From: Cytophagales bacterium
GTDB taxonomy: Bacteria; Bacteroidota; Bacteroidia; Cytophagales; Thermoflexibacteraceae
NCBI GenBank assembly: GCA_013298985.1
Contig: JAAFJS010000003.1
Span: forward strand, 6,334-70,333
DNA: 64,000 bases
Reading direction: 5' to 3'
Positions 1-8,519 of the stretch are shown here, one piece after another. The notes below the pieces were generated by a model that was given only the letters and a program-made list of their open reading frames with translations, searched no databases and was not told the origin of the DNA. Made by a program: the position numbers and the translations under genes. Within the stretch, counting starts at the first letter, position 1; the number at the start of each line of letters is the position of its first letter.

Positions 1-202
1 TTTAGTCCTTTTGAGGTGGTTGTTTTGTCTATGAGTATTTTTACAGTTTGATATGAATCAAATACGCTATTAGCCTAATAATAAACACCTCAAACATAGA
101 TTAAAAAAGTCATTTTATTTAATTTATATTCCTAATAAAGAATCAAACTTTTTAAAAACGTAATTCTTTACACTTCAACGATTGTCAATTGACAACGTTG
201 AT

Positions 203-3031
203 TTACATTGGCAATTTCACCCAAAAAGTTGTTCCTTTGCCTGCTTCGCTTTCAAAGCCGATTTGCCCACTGTGCTTGTCTATGATTTTCTTCACAATGT
301 CTAAGCCTAAGCCGCTGCCCTCGCCTTCGGGCTTGGTGGTGAAAAATGCCTCAAAAATCCTTGGTTTGATGTCGTCAGGAATACCACTGCCGTTGTCTTT
401 GATGCTGACAAAGAGGTTGTTGTCTTCTTGCTTCACTCCGATTTCTAATTTTCCTCTACTTGTCATTGCCTGCATCGCATTGTGAATCAGGTTAGTCCAG
501 ACTTGGTTGAGTTCGTCGGGGTAGCAAAATATCTCTGGGACTTCGCTGTAATTTCTGATGACTTCGGTGTTTTGCTTTAACTGATTGTGGTACAGCGTCA
601 AGACCGTTTCTATGCCCAAGGTAACGCTGGATTTTACTTTCTCGCCGCTTTGGTCTTGGCGGGCGTAAGTTTTGAGGGCAAAAACTACTTTTGCTGCTCT
701 ATCCACTGCCACTTGGATATTGTCCGTACTGCGCTGCTGATTGACCAAGTGGTAGGCGATTTTAGTAGTGAAAAGGGCGTTTTCGTCTTTGAAAATGGGT
801 AAAAAAGCAGTGATACTTCCATAAATGCCCATGTTTGTTAGCTCGTAGGCGAGGTCGTCTGCGTTTTCTATTTCATAGCTTTCCAATTCTTTTTGTAATT
901 GCTTGCGGGCGATTCTTTCCTCTCTGGAAGAAAGTAATTGCTTGTTTTCCAATGCTTTACGTACTAAGGCAAAGAAATTTTCCTGCTGGTCAGGAGAAAG
1001 AATTTGGAAGACTTTGGGTAGCTCCTGCAATGCCTCGTTCATGTCAGTATCAATATTGCCTGCGGAGGCACGAATCGCCCCAAGCGGCGTATTGATTTCA
1101 TGGGCAACACTGGCAACTAACTTGCCCATGACCGCTAATTTTTCGGCTTGGATTAATTGGTCTTGGGCGGTTTGGAGGTTTTCCAAAGTGGTGAGTATTT
1201 CCTCTCTTTGGGTGTTAATTTCTGCATTTTGCATTTGGATTTGGGCAAAACTCTCCGCATTTTCCAGCGCAATGGCGGTATAAATCGCCAAATTCCGCAA
1301 GATATTCAAGTGGTAATCAGTGTAGGCGTTCTTTTGGAAAGACTGAACGGTGATGATGCCCAAAATCTTTTCTTGGTTATTGAGCAAGGGAATGTATATC
1401 AAGGAGTTAGGCTCTTCTGATTTTGTACCATCTTCTAAAACGGCGGCTTCATTGACTGTTTTGTTTTTATCAGCTAAGTCATTGATAATGATTTCTTTCT
1501 TTTCCGTAATGCACTGCACAGGAAACTGGCTTTTGTCTTGCATACTGCGGGTGTAGGGCAGGTAAGGCACGCCTCTTTCCATTGCCAATTCGTAGGAGAT
1601 TTCCTGCTTATTTTCCTTGTAAATGCCAATCCCAAAAATGCTTGCATCCATGAGTTCATTCACATTTTGGTATAATTGGCTAAAAATAGACTCAAAATTG
1701 AGGGTGGCAGTGATTTTTTTGCCCATTTCACTCAATCTTTCTACACTGTCATACGATTTTTGCAAGTTATCCCTTTGGGCAAGGACTTCCTCATTGATTT
1801 GGTAGAGTTCTTCGGACTGCTGGGCAATTTCTTCATTTTTCTCTTGGAGTTGCTGATTGCTGCGCTTTTGGCGGAGGTTATTGCGATAGACCAAACCCAA
1901 GATGAACAGCACAAGCACCACAAAGCCCCCCGCAAGCATGAGGTACAGTCGCTGAATCTGCCTTTCTTTTTCTGCTTCCTGTCGCAGTGCCTCCTCCTTC
2001 TCTGCCTCTAAGTCCTTGCGAAGCTGCTGTGCCGCTTTGATAGCTTCGGCATTGTAGAGTGATTTATCTCTGAGTTCCTGATGAATAAGGCGATACTGGT
2101 ATGCCTTAGCATAGTCCTTTTTTTGGACATACAAATCACTCAGTAGCTCATACAGTCTATCACTTGCGGGCTTGCCTATTACTTTTGTTTCTATTTCGTT
2201 TGCTTCCAAAGCCAAAGTTTCTGCCTCTTGAACTTGTCCTTTTTTGAGCAATAGCTTTGCTTTGAGGAATTTAAGAAGAAATATTCCCCTCAAATCATTT
2301 TCTTCTATTGCCAATTGCGTTGCTTCGGGCAGGTAAGTGAGCGCAAGGCTATCTTGGTTGAGGGCTTCATACGTAGAAGTAATATTTGTAAGTGATATTA
2401 ATATTCCACTTTTCTTTTTGATTGCCCTATTGATGGCAAGCCCCTTTTCAAAATAGGACAATGCCAAGCGATTAAGGCTATCTTTGGCTGCTTGTTTTAC
2501 CAAGTCTGCCTCAGTACGATAAATAAGTGCTGTATTGCCATAGACTGTTCCCAATCTTTCTTGATTATTGAGTTGCAAAAAGATATTTTCGGCTTTCTTA
2601 TAAAAATCAAGGGATTCTTCTGAATAATGCAAATTGGTAAATATACCTGCCAGTCTTGTATAGGCACGCCCTTGTTCAAGGAGGTGCTTGCCCTGAGTCG
2701 CTACTTGGAGTGCCTGCTGTGCATAGCGGATAGCAGCAACATAATTTTTTCCTGTTTCAAGAAAAGCAAGTCCAGATAAGGCAAAACTTTCCCCTCTGGT
2801 GAAGCGTAGCTTTTGGGCGAGGGTGAGTGCTTTTTGGGCATACTGAATGGCAGTATCTGGGCTGGAATAGGTATAAGCTGTCATTAAACCATTCAAGAGA
2901 TTGACTTGGTTAGTATCAGGCTTGCTGGCGGCGAGCAGGCGGTTGAGGCTGTCGAGGACTTGGGGGTTTTGGGCGTGAGCTGTTTTGATATTGATGAATA
3001 AAAGCAAAGCAATGATAAAATAATGTTTCAT
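203..3031 (-). CDS. TPR-sensor / GAF / histidine kinase (signal peptide, TPR repeats, TM helix, GAF, HisKA, HATPase_c)
   Basis: H-box VAHEINTPLG, N-box LNQVWTNLIHNA, G-boxes DNGSGI and GSGLGL. Start moved from 3199 to the ATG at 3031 (MKHYFIIALLLFINIKTAHAQ is a signal peptide). Confidence 0.9.
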   Translation of the reverse strand: MKHYFIIALLLFINIKTAHAQNPQVLDSLNRLLAASKPDTNQVNLLNGLMTAYTYSSPDTAIQYAQKALTLAQKLRFTRGESFALSGLAFLETGKNYVAAIRYAQQALQVATQGKHLLEQGRAYTRLAGIFTNLHYSEESLDFYKKAENIFLQLNNQERLGTVYGNTALIYRTEADLVKQAAKDSLNRLALSYFEKGLAINRAIKKKSGILISLTNITSTYEALNQDSLALTYLPEATQLAIEENDLRGIFLLKFLKAKLLLKKGQVQEAETLALEANEIETKVIGKPASDRLYELLSDLYVQKKDYAKAYQYRLIHQELRDKSLYNAEAIKAAQQLRKDLEAEKEEALRQEAEKERQIQRLYLMLAGGFVVLVLFILGLVYRNNLRQKRSNQQLQEKNEEIAQQSEELYQINEEVLAQRDNLQKSYDSVERLSEMGKKITATLNFESIFSQLYQNVNELMDASIFGIGIYKENKQEISYELAMERGVPYLPYTRSMQDKSQFPVQCITEKKEIIINDLADKNKTVNEAAVLEDGTKSEEPNSLIYIPLLNNQEKILGIITVQSFQKNAYTDYHLNILRNLAIYTAIALENAESFAQIQMQNAEINTQREEILTTLENLQTAQDQLIQAEKLAVMGKLVASVAHEINTPLGAIRASAGNIDTDMNEALQELPKVFQILSPDQQENFFALVRKALENKQLLSSREERIARKQLQKELESYEIENADDLAYELTNMGIYGSITAFLPIFKDENALFTTKIAYHLVNQQRSTDNIQVAVDRAAKVVFALKTYARQDQSGEKVKSSVTLGIETVLTLYHNQLKQNTEVIRNYSEVPEIFCYPDELNQVWTNLIHNAMQAMTSRGKLEIGVKQEDNNLFVSIKDNGSGIPDDIKPRIFEAFFTTKPEGEGSGLGLDIVKKIIDKHSGQIGFESEAGKGTTFWVKLPM

Positions 3032-3095
3032 AGTAGATTTTGTAGTTTTTTTATTTTTTGAAAGTAAAAAGTCTAAAACGATACTTGGAATACAA

Positions 3096-3179
3096 CCTCC
3101 CCCTGCACCCTCTTGAGGGGGAGAAATACAGGCTGTTTCCCCCTTTGGAGGCGCAATGCACATTGGGGGTAGGGGGAGG
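3096..3179. repeat. GC-rich palindromic REP/REPIN-like element
   Basis: Terminal inverted repeat CCTCCCCCT (3096-3104) / AGGGGGAGG (3171-3179) and internal AGGGGGA (3116-3122) / TCCCCCT (3138-3144), in an AT-rich intergenic region. Confidence 0.75.
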
Positions 3180-3491
3180 AGAAGTTCTATGATATACAAT
3201 TTTTAACGTTTAAAAACAAATGTAAGGAAAAGAGAGGAGTAAAAGCAAAAAAATGAAGGGGCAAATTTGTGAGCGTCGCACCGTTTTGGGGAAGTATCAA
3301 ACTTTTTTAAAAAAGTTTTGACTCTTTACTTTTTTCGGAAGTATCAAAAATTGAAATTTCACATGATTTTTTACTTTTATTTCTTTTCACACAACTATTT
3401 TTGCACATATTTCGTTTTTATGATAAAGTAAAAATCAAAATTACTTAAACTTTTTGAAAATATTGAAAATTAAAGACATAAAACTACATTT

Positions 3492-4754
3492 ATGAATATT
3501 GATAGTTTGACAAAGAATGATTTGGCTATTTTTTTTACAAAAGAAAGACTAAAATTAATTTCATCTATATTCTATCTTGCTCAAAAACAGGCACTTCCTA
3601 TTGCCATTTGGCAACTTCCCCAGCAAAAGGAAATCAACTTAGTGATAGATTTTTCTGCTTCGCTTAGGCAGGTGCAAACTGATTTGGAGGAGTTAGCAAG
3701 TGGCTTTGTAGTGAGTCCATTTGCCAACAAGGGGAATGAGGCATGGTTTATTGGTGCTGACTTGCACTGGCAGGGAACGATTGATAACTTGACTCCTGCG
3801 AAAGTTAATTTTAGCTACCGCACAGAGCAGTATCTATCAGAGGAACAGCAAGTTAAGACTACATTTTTAAAAGAGTTAAATCAATTATTGGTGTCAAATT
3901 TGCCTTTTTCAGCAGCTTTGCAAGATATTTTGCCTTCATTGCCAAATAATAATCACGTTATCAGCGAGTTAGATTTTGAAGAAAATGTTGTAGAAGCCAT
4001 CAAAGAAATTTCTAAAGGTACATTCAGAAAAGTGGTGCTTTCACGTAGCAAAATGATAGATTTGCCTGCTAATTTTGAGGTAGTCAAGACATTTGGCAAG
4101 GTTTGCGAAGTCTATCCTCATGCTTTTGTTTCCCTGATAAGCACCACAGAAACAGGTACTTGGCTGGGAGCTACGCCCGAAGTGCTGGTGAGTGTGGACA
4201 GGCATAAAATTTTTAGAACAATGGCTCTGGCGGGTACGCAGGCGCGAGGAAATCAGACGAATCTAAGTGAAGTGATGTGGACGCAAAAAGAGATTGAGGA
4301 GCAGGCGTTGGTCAGTCGTTACATCATTAATTGTTTGAAAAAAATCAGGGTCAGGGAGTTTGAGGAAATCGGTCCCAAAACGGTAGCTTCGGGGAATTTG
4401 CTGCACTTACGCACTGATTTTGAGATAGATACGGACGAAATTAATTTCTCACAATTAGGTACAGTCATGTTGGAACTTTTGCACCCTACCTCTGCCGTTT
4501 GCGGAATGCCCAAAGAAGAAGCACTGAAATTTATTGAAAAACATGAAAAATATGACAGAGAATTGTATAGTGGCTATTTGGGGCAGGTAAATATGGGTGG
4601 AGAAAGTAATATTTTTGTAAATTTGCGCTGTATGCAGCTCTTGGACGGCAAAGCAGTCTTGTACGCGGGCGCAGGCATCACGCAAGACTCCAACCCACAA
4701 AAAGAGTGGAAAGAAACAGAAATAAAAATGAATACCATGCAAGCAATATTATGA
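3492..4754 (+). CDS. menF: chorismate-binding enzyme, isochorismate synthase-like
   Basis: Motifs KVVLSR, WLGATPEVL, ALAGT, KEIEEQ, LHPTSAVCGMP, YSGYLG, YAGAGI. Confidence 0.75.
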   Translation: MNIDSLTKNDLAIFFTKERLKLISSIFYLAQKQALPIAIWQLPQQKEINLVIDFSASLRQVQTDLEELASGFVVSPFANKGNEAWFIGADLHWQGTIDNLTPAKVNFSYRTEQYLSEEQQVKTTFLKELNQLLVSNLPFSAALQDILPSLPNNNHVISELDFEENVVEAIKEISKGTFRKVVLSRSKMIDLPANFEVVKTFGKVCEVYPHAFVSLISTTETGTWLGATPEVLVSVDRHKIFRTMALAGTQARGNQTNLSEVMWTQKEIEEQALVSRYIINCLKKIRVREFEEIGPKTVASGNLLHLRTDFEIDTDEINFSQLGTVMLELLHPTSAVCGMPKEEALKFIEKHEKYDRELYSGYLGQVNMGGESNIFVNLRCMQLLDGKAVLYAGAGITQDSNPQKEWKETEIKMNTMQAIL

Positions 4755-5638
4755 TGACACCCATTCAACAGTTTTTGTACGATTTGATGACTCGCCAAGC
4801 TGACGAGAAGTCGCGTGTGTGGCTTGACCAAAAGCTCACCCAACTCACTCAGCAGTTTTCTAATCAGGCTTTTTACCTCACATTTGCTGCCGCACCGCGC
4901 TTTTTGGGCAAAAACCTTTTGGCTATCATGCCTGCTGATTTTGTAAAAGCGGAGGAGTTGTGTGCTGGATTTTCTCTTGAAAACTGGACAATGGACAGGG
5001 CTGCGCGAGTGCTGTTTATCACGCACTTACCTACAGAAAGCCCTGAAAATCACCTCGTTATTTTAGACAAACTTTTTCAAACCGCAGAGATAAATGAATT
5101 GGTTGCACTTTATTCTGCCCTGCCTTTGTTGCCTTTTCCAGCACAATACGTAAGCCGATGTGCAGAAGGCATCAGAACGAATATGACGGTGGTTTTTGAG
5201 GCGATTGCGCTGAATAATCCCTTTCCTGCGGCATATCTGACGGAGAATGCGTGGAATCAACTTTTTTTGAAAGCTATTTTCACAGGCAGGCAAATCGCTA
5301 AAATTCAAGGAGTTAGGCAGAGAGCTAATGCTACTTTAGCCCAAATATGCACTGATTATGCACACGAACGCTGGGCGGCGGGGCGCAAGGTAACGCCTGA
5401 ACTATGGATGCCGATTGGAGGTTTTGTGAATGAAATGGTTTTAGAGGATTTGAAAAGATTAAAGGAAAGTCCTAACGTACTTGAGCAACAAGCTCTGGCA
5501 TTGATTTGCTTGGAATCCACGCAGGAAAGCGCAAAGAAATTATTGGCACAGATGCCTTCGCTGAAAGAGGCAGCAGAAAAGAAAGCATTTTCTTGGAAAA
5601 GTATTTCGCAGCAGTGGCATCAGGAAAATCTAAGCTAA
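4751..5638 (+). CDS. eboA: EboA domain protein
   Basis: ALYSALPLL, EGIRTN, NPFPAAYLTENAWNQLFLKAIF and DYAHERWAAGRKVTPELW match EboA. The ATG at 4751 overlaps the menF TGA (ATGA). Confidence 0.8.
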   Translation: MMTPIQQFLYDLMTRQADEKSRVWLDQKLTQLTQQFSNQAFYLTFAAAPRFLGKNLLAIMPADFVKAEELCAGFSLENWTMDRAARVLFITHLPTESPENHLVILDKLFQTAEINELVALYSALPLLPFPAQYVSRCAEGIRTNMTVVFEAIALNNPFPAAYLTENAWNQLFLKAIFTGRQIAKIQGVRQRANATLAQICTDYAHERWAAGRKVTPELWMPIGGFVNEMVLEDLKRLKESPNVLEQQALALICLESTQESAKKLLAQMPSLKEAAEKKAFSWKSISQQWHQENLS

Positions 5639-5647
5639 AAACTATAT

Positions 5648-6025
5648 TTAAGCTGGTTTTGGTAAATACTTGGTGATGACAGACAAAATTTTCTCTTTGT
5701 CTATGGGCTTTACTACCAAATCGGTAAATTTATCAGAAAAAAATCCTTGCACCGCCTCATCTCCAGAGTAGGCGGTAACAGCAATAACGGGTAATTCCTT
5801 CAATGCGGGATTTTCACGCAGTTTTTGCAGTACGTCCAGTCCAGTCATTTGCTCGCTACCCAAATTAATATCCATCAATACCAAGTCATATTTGTTTTTT
5901 TCTAACATTTCTAACGCCTTCTGACCACTTGTTACGGTATCAGGGGTGCAAACGCTTTCAATAAATTTTTTCAGAACAATCACATTGATTGGATTATCCT
6001 CGACGATTAGCACCTTTGCTAACAT
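5648..6025 (-). CDS. stand-alone response regulator receiver (CheY-like)
   Basis: VLIVEDN, DLVLMDINL, PVIAVTA, KP motifs; 125 aa. Confidence 0.9.
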   Translation of the reverse strand: MLAKVLIVEDNPINVIVLKKFIESVCTPDTVTSGQKALEMLEKNKYDLVLMDINLGSEQMTGLDVLQKLRENPALKELPVIAVTAYSGDEAVQGFFSDKFTDLVVKPIDKEKILSVITKYLPKPA

Positions 6026-6075
6026 AATTTTATGAGATTAAAAATATGCCTGAGATTTTTAACTTATTTTGGTTG

Positions 6076-6185
6076 TCTGACAATTTTTGTGGCAGACTGA
6101 GTTTCTACGAGTTCCCCCCGCTAAAGCGAGGGGTTAGATTAACCCCTCGCTTTAGCGGGGGGAACTTTCCACAAAAATTGTCAGA
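6076..6185. mobile_element. nested inverted-repeat element (MITE-like ends around a REPIN-like doublet)
   Basis: Perfect 17-bp outer IR (6076-6092 / 6169-6185). Perfect 27-bp inner IR (6110-6136 / 6140-6166). Each inner arm is itself an imperfect hairpin, CCCCTCGC-TTTA-GCGGGGGG. Confidence 0.75.
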
Positions 6186-6255
6186 GTATCCTTGTTTTAA
6201 ACGCAAACATAAATAATAATACTAAGCCTTGCAAATTTGTATTGGAGTTTAATAA

Positions 6256-6358
6256 TAGACTTCTTGCAAAAGTGTTTTTTATCGCCTCTCCCGTGCGACG
6301 GTCGCCTTAGTCCCTCTCCTGCTGAGAGGGAAAAATTGCTACTTTCGCAAGAAGTCTA
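6256..6358. mobile_element. MITE-like element with 18-bp TIRs
   Basis: TAGACTTCTTGCAAAAGT (6256-6273) / ACTTTCGCAAGAAGTCTA (6341-6358), 1 mismatch. It starts and ends in TA and encloses a GC-rich hairpin. Confidence 0.75.
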
Positions 6359-6481
6359 ATACTCTTTGATTACCAATGGCATATTTGCTTTGTTTTTGTA
6401 TAATATCCAAAAACTATTTGCTAATTTGCAAAGGCAGTTTTTCATGGTATGGTAAAAATAAGGTCTATTCGTTTTTGATTT

Positions 6482-6967
6482 ATGCGCTTTCTATTTATTA
6501 TTTTATTTTGGGGGTGCGCCTCCCACACTTTTGCTCAGAACGAGGTGATTTACAAGGAAATGTATATCCTCTACTATGAAGAAGGGAAAATTCCCTGCTC
6601 GAAGGGCTTGAGATGGGACAATGGTAAGTGCTATTACCTGCGCTGCGAGTACGGTACGGAGGCGCAAAAAAAGAAACTGGGGAATGAAATAGAAATCACG
6701 ACCAATCTGGAAGTCAGAAATTTGTTTAAAAACATGACTATCAGTGATTTAGAATGGCTCAGTGGTATTACTTCCTTTCATCAAAAAAAGTATAAATGCA
6801 AAGGCACAAGCAAAATGGAATTTTCAGTTACCCTCAAAGACAAGGGAAAAAAGAAAACGACACGCTATGACTTTCCCCTCACCCAGAACTGTGAAGGAAA
6901 AAGCCCCTTTGATTTGGCTCAAAAGTTAAATATGATTTTTAACAAGCTGGCAAAGGAATTTCCTTAG
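6482..6967 (+). CDS. hypothetical secreted protein
   Basis: 161-aa ORF with signal peptide MRFLFIILFWGCASHTFAQ and several Cys; no family recognised. Confidence 0.65.
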   Translation: MRFLFIILFWGCASHTFAQNEVIYKEMYILYYEEGKIPCSKGLRWDNGKCYYLRCEYGTEAQKKKLGNEIEITTNLEVRNLFKNMTISDLEWLSGITSFHQKKYKCKGTSKMEFSVTLKDKGKKKTTRYDFPLTQNCEGKSPFDLAQKLNMIFNKLAKEFP

Positions 6968-7037
6968 CTTTTTGTATGTTATCTAATTAAAAAATGCTCA
7001 AATAACAATTTTACAGAATTATAAATTAAATACAAAT

Positions 7038-7262
7038 ATGGAATTGGTAGTTAAACAACCATTTACAAATGTTCAGCTTGAACTTTTAAAAACTTTTTCA
7101 CATCAGCTATCTGATAATGATTTAGCTGATTTACGAAAAACACTTGCTTTATTTTTTGCCCAACGTCTTATCCAGCAAGCTGATAAGATTTGGGACGAAA
7201 AAAAATGGACAGATGTGGACGTTGATAAGATGCTAAATACTAAAATGCGTAAATCAAAATAA
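7038..7262 (+). CDS. putative antitoxin of a PIN-type TA pair
   Basis: 74-aa helical ORF (NVQLELLKTFS...LALFFA...DKIWDEKKW) 4 bp upstream of a PIN gene. Confidence 0.7.
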   Translation: MELVVKQPFTNVQLELLKTFSHQLSDNDLADLRKTLALFFAQRLIQQADKIWDEKKWTDVDVDKMLNTKMRKSK

Positions 7263-7266
7263 AATA

Positions 7267-7674
7267 TTGGAAAAGATAGTTTTAGATACCAATGTACTTT
7301 TGGTTTCAATCTCAACTAAATCCAAATTACATTGGATTTTTAAAGGTCTTTTGGAAGGTGAATACATTTTATGTGTTACGACTGAGATTTTAGCTGAATA
7401 TGCTGAGATAATAGAGCAGCACATGGGGACTTTGCCAAGTGAAAATGCTTTAGGTGTGATAGAAAACTTATCTAATGTAGAACTTGTAACGACTCATTAC
7501 AAATTCGGACTACTGAAAGATGAAGATGACAATAAATTCGTAGATTGTGCCATTGCCTGTAATGCAGATTTTATTATCACCCATGATAAAGATTTTAAAC
7601 CTTTGAAAGATATAGGCTTCCCTAAAGTATCAATCATTGATACAGAGCAGTTTAAGCAGATAATAAATCAATAA
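7267..7674 (+). CDS. PIN-domain toxin (VapC-like, PIN_3)
   Basis: IVLDTNVLL, EILAEY, DEDDNKFVDCA, ITHDKDF acidic motifs; TTG start. Confidence 0.85.
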   Translation: MEKIVLDTNVLLVSISTKSKLHWIFKGLLEGEYILCVTTEILAEYAEIIEQHMGTLPSENALGVIENLSNVELVTTHYKFGLLKDEDDNKFVDCAIACNADFIITHDKDFKPLKDIGFPKVSIIDTEQFKQIINQ

Positions 7675-7695
7675 ATCTTACTTAAAATACTACAA

Positions 7696-8442
7696 ATGAA
7701 AAATCAGCTTTTTATCTTTATTCTTATCCTTTCTTTTTTTTCATGCGAAAAAAAAGAAAATATCGCCAGCGCAAATCTCAAACTGGATTTTGCAAACTTG
7801 ATGAATAATAGCCCACTAACCTTGCAAACGGCGCGTTATGCTAATACCGCAGGCAATAGTTTTTCCATTGACAAGTTTCAGTATTACATCAGCAACATCA
7901 GGTTAAAAAATACACAAACAGGACAAACTTTCACTGAATCAGAGAGTTATCATTTGTTGGAACGCAAAGCAGGCTCGCACATTGACGAAATTTTGATAAA
8001 AAATGTACCTGTCGGGCAGTACAACCAGCTTGAGTTTGCGGTGGGAATTGACAAGGCGAGCAATCTTTCTACTGACCAAGTGGGCGACCTCGACCCCAGC
8101 AACGATATGGCGTGGGATTGGAAAACGGGCTACAAGTTTTTGCTCTTGGAGGGCAGCTCTTTCGCGCAAACAGGCGAACGTCGTGGCATGGTGATTCACA
8201 TAGGCTCAGACGAAAACTATAGAACTATTAACCTCAAAGTCAGTCCATTACAAAACCTGAGCTTGGAAGAAGGCAAAAGTACAACTGTAAGTATCAATGT
8301 TGAGGTTTCAAAGCTATTTAATGCGCCTAATGTGATTGATGTAGAAAAAAATAGGACAATTATGTTTGGTGGTATTTCAGGGCAAGTGGCTGATAATTAT
8401 GTGGATATGTTTAGTATTCAGCGCATTGAAAAAGTAAAATAA
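7696..8442 (+). CDS. MbnP-family lipoprotein
   Basis: Lipobox SFFSC, FQYYISNIRL, FAVGID, GDLDPSNDMAWDWKTGYKFLLLEG (WxW motif), HIG. Confidence 0.75.
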   Translation: MKNQLFIFILILSFFSCEKKENIASANLKLDFANLMNNSPLTLQTARYANTAGNSFSIDKFQYYISNIRLKNTQTGQTFTESESYHLLERKAGSHIDEILIKNVPVGQYNQLEFAVGIDKASNLSTDQVGDLDPSNDMAWDWKTGYKFLLLEGSSFAQTGERRGMVIHIGSDENYRTINLKVSPLQNLSLEEGKSTTVSINVEVSKLFNAPNVIDVEKNRTIMFGGISGQVADNYVDMFSIQRIEKVK

Positions 8443-8461
8443 GTATTTTTTCTGACTTAAT

Positions 8462-8506
8462 AAAAAGCAAAAGAGGCAAGAACTGTTCTTACCTCTTTTG
8501 CTTTTT
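8462..8506. terminator. bidirectional intrinsic terminator
   Basis: 15-bp stem AAAAAGCAAAAGAGG / CCTCTTTTGCTTTTT between convergent genes. Confidence 0.8.
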
Positions 8507-8519
8507 TATTTTCGGACTT

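Noticed and set aside
3032-3199. 56-codon N-terminal extension of the histidine kinase in the ORF track
   Set aside because: It is read-through of a palindromic repeat; a clear signal peptide starts at the ATG at 3031.
3290-3348. 12-bp direct repeat GGAAGTATCAAA x2 and a 20-bp AT palindrome (3299-3318)
   Set aside because: Short and AT-rich; could be an operator but cannot be separated from chance.
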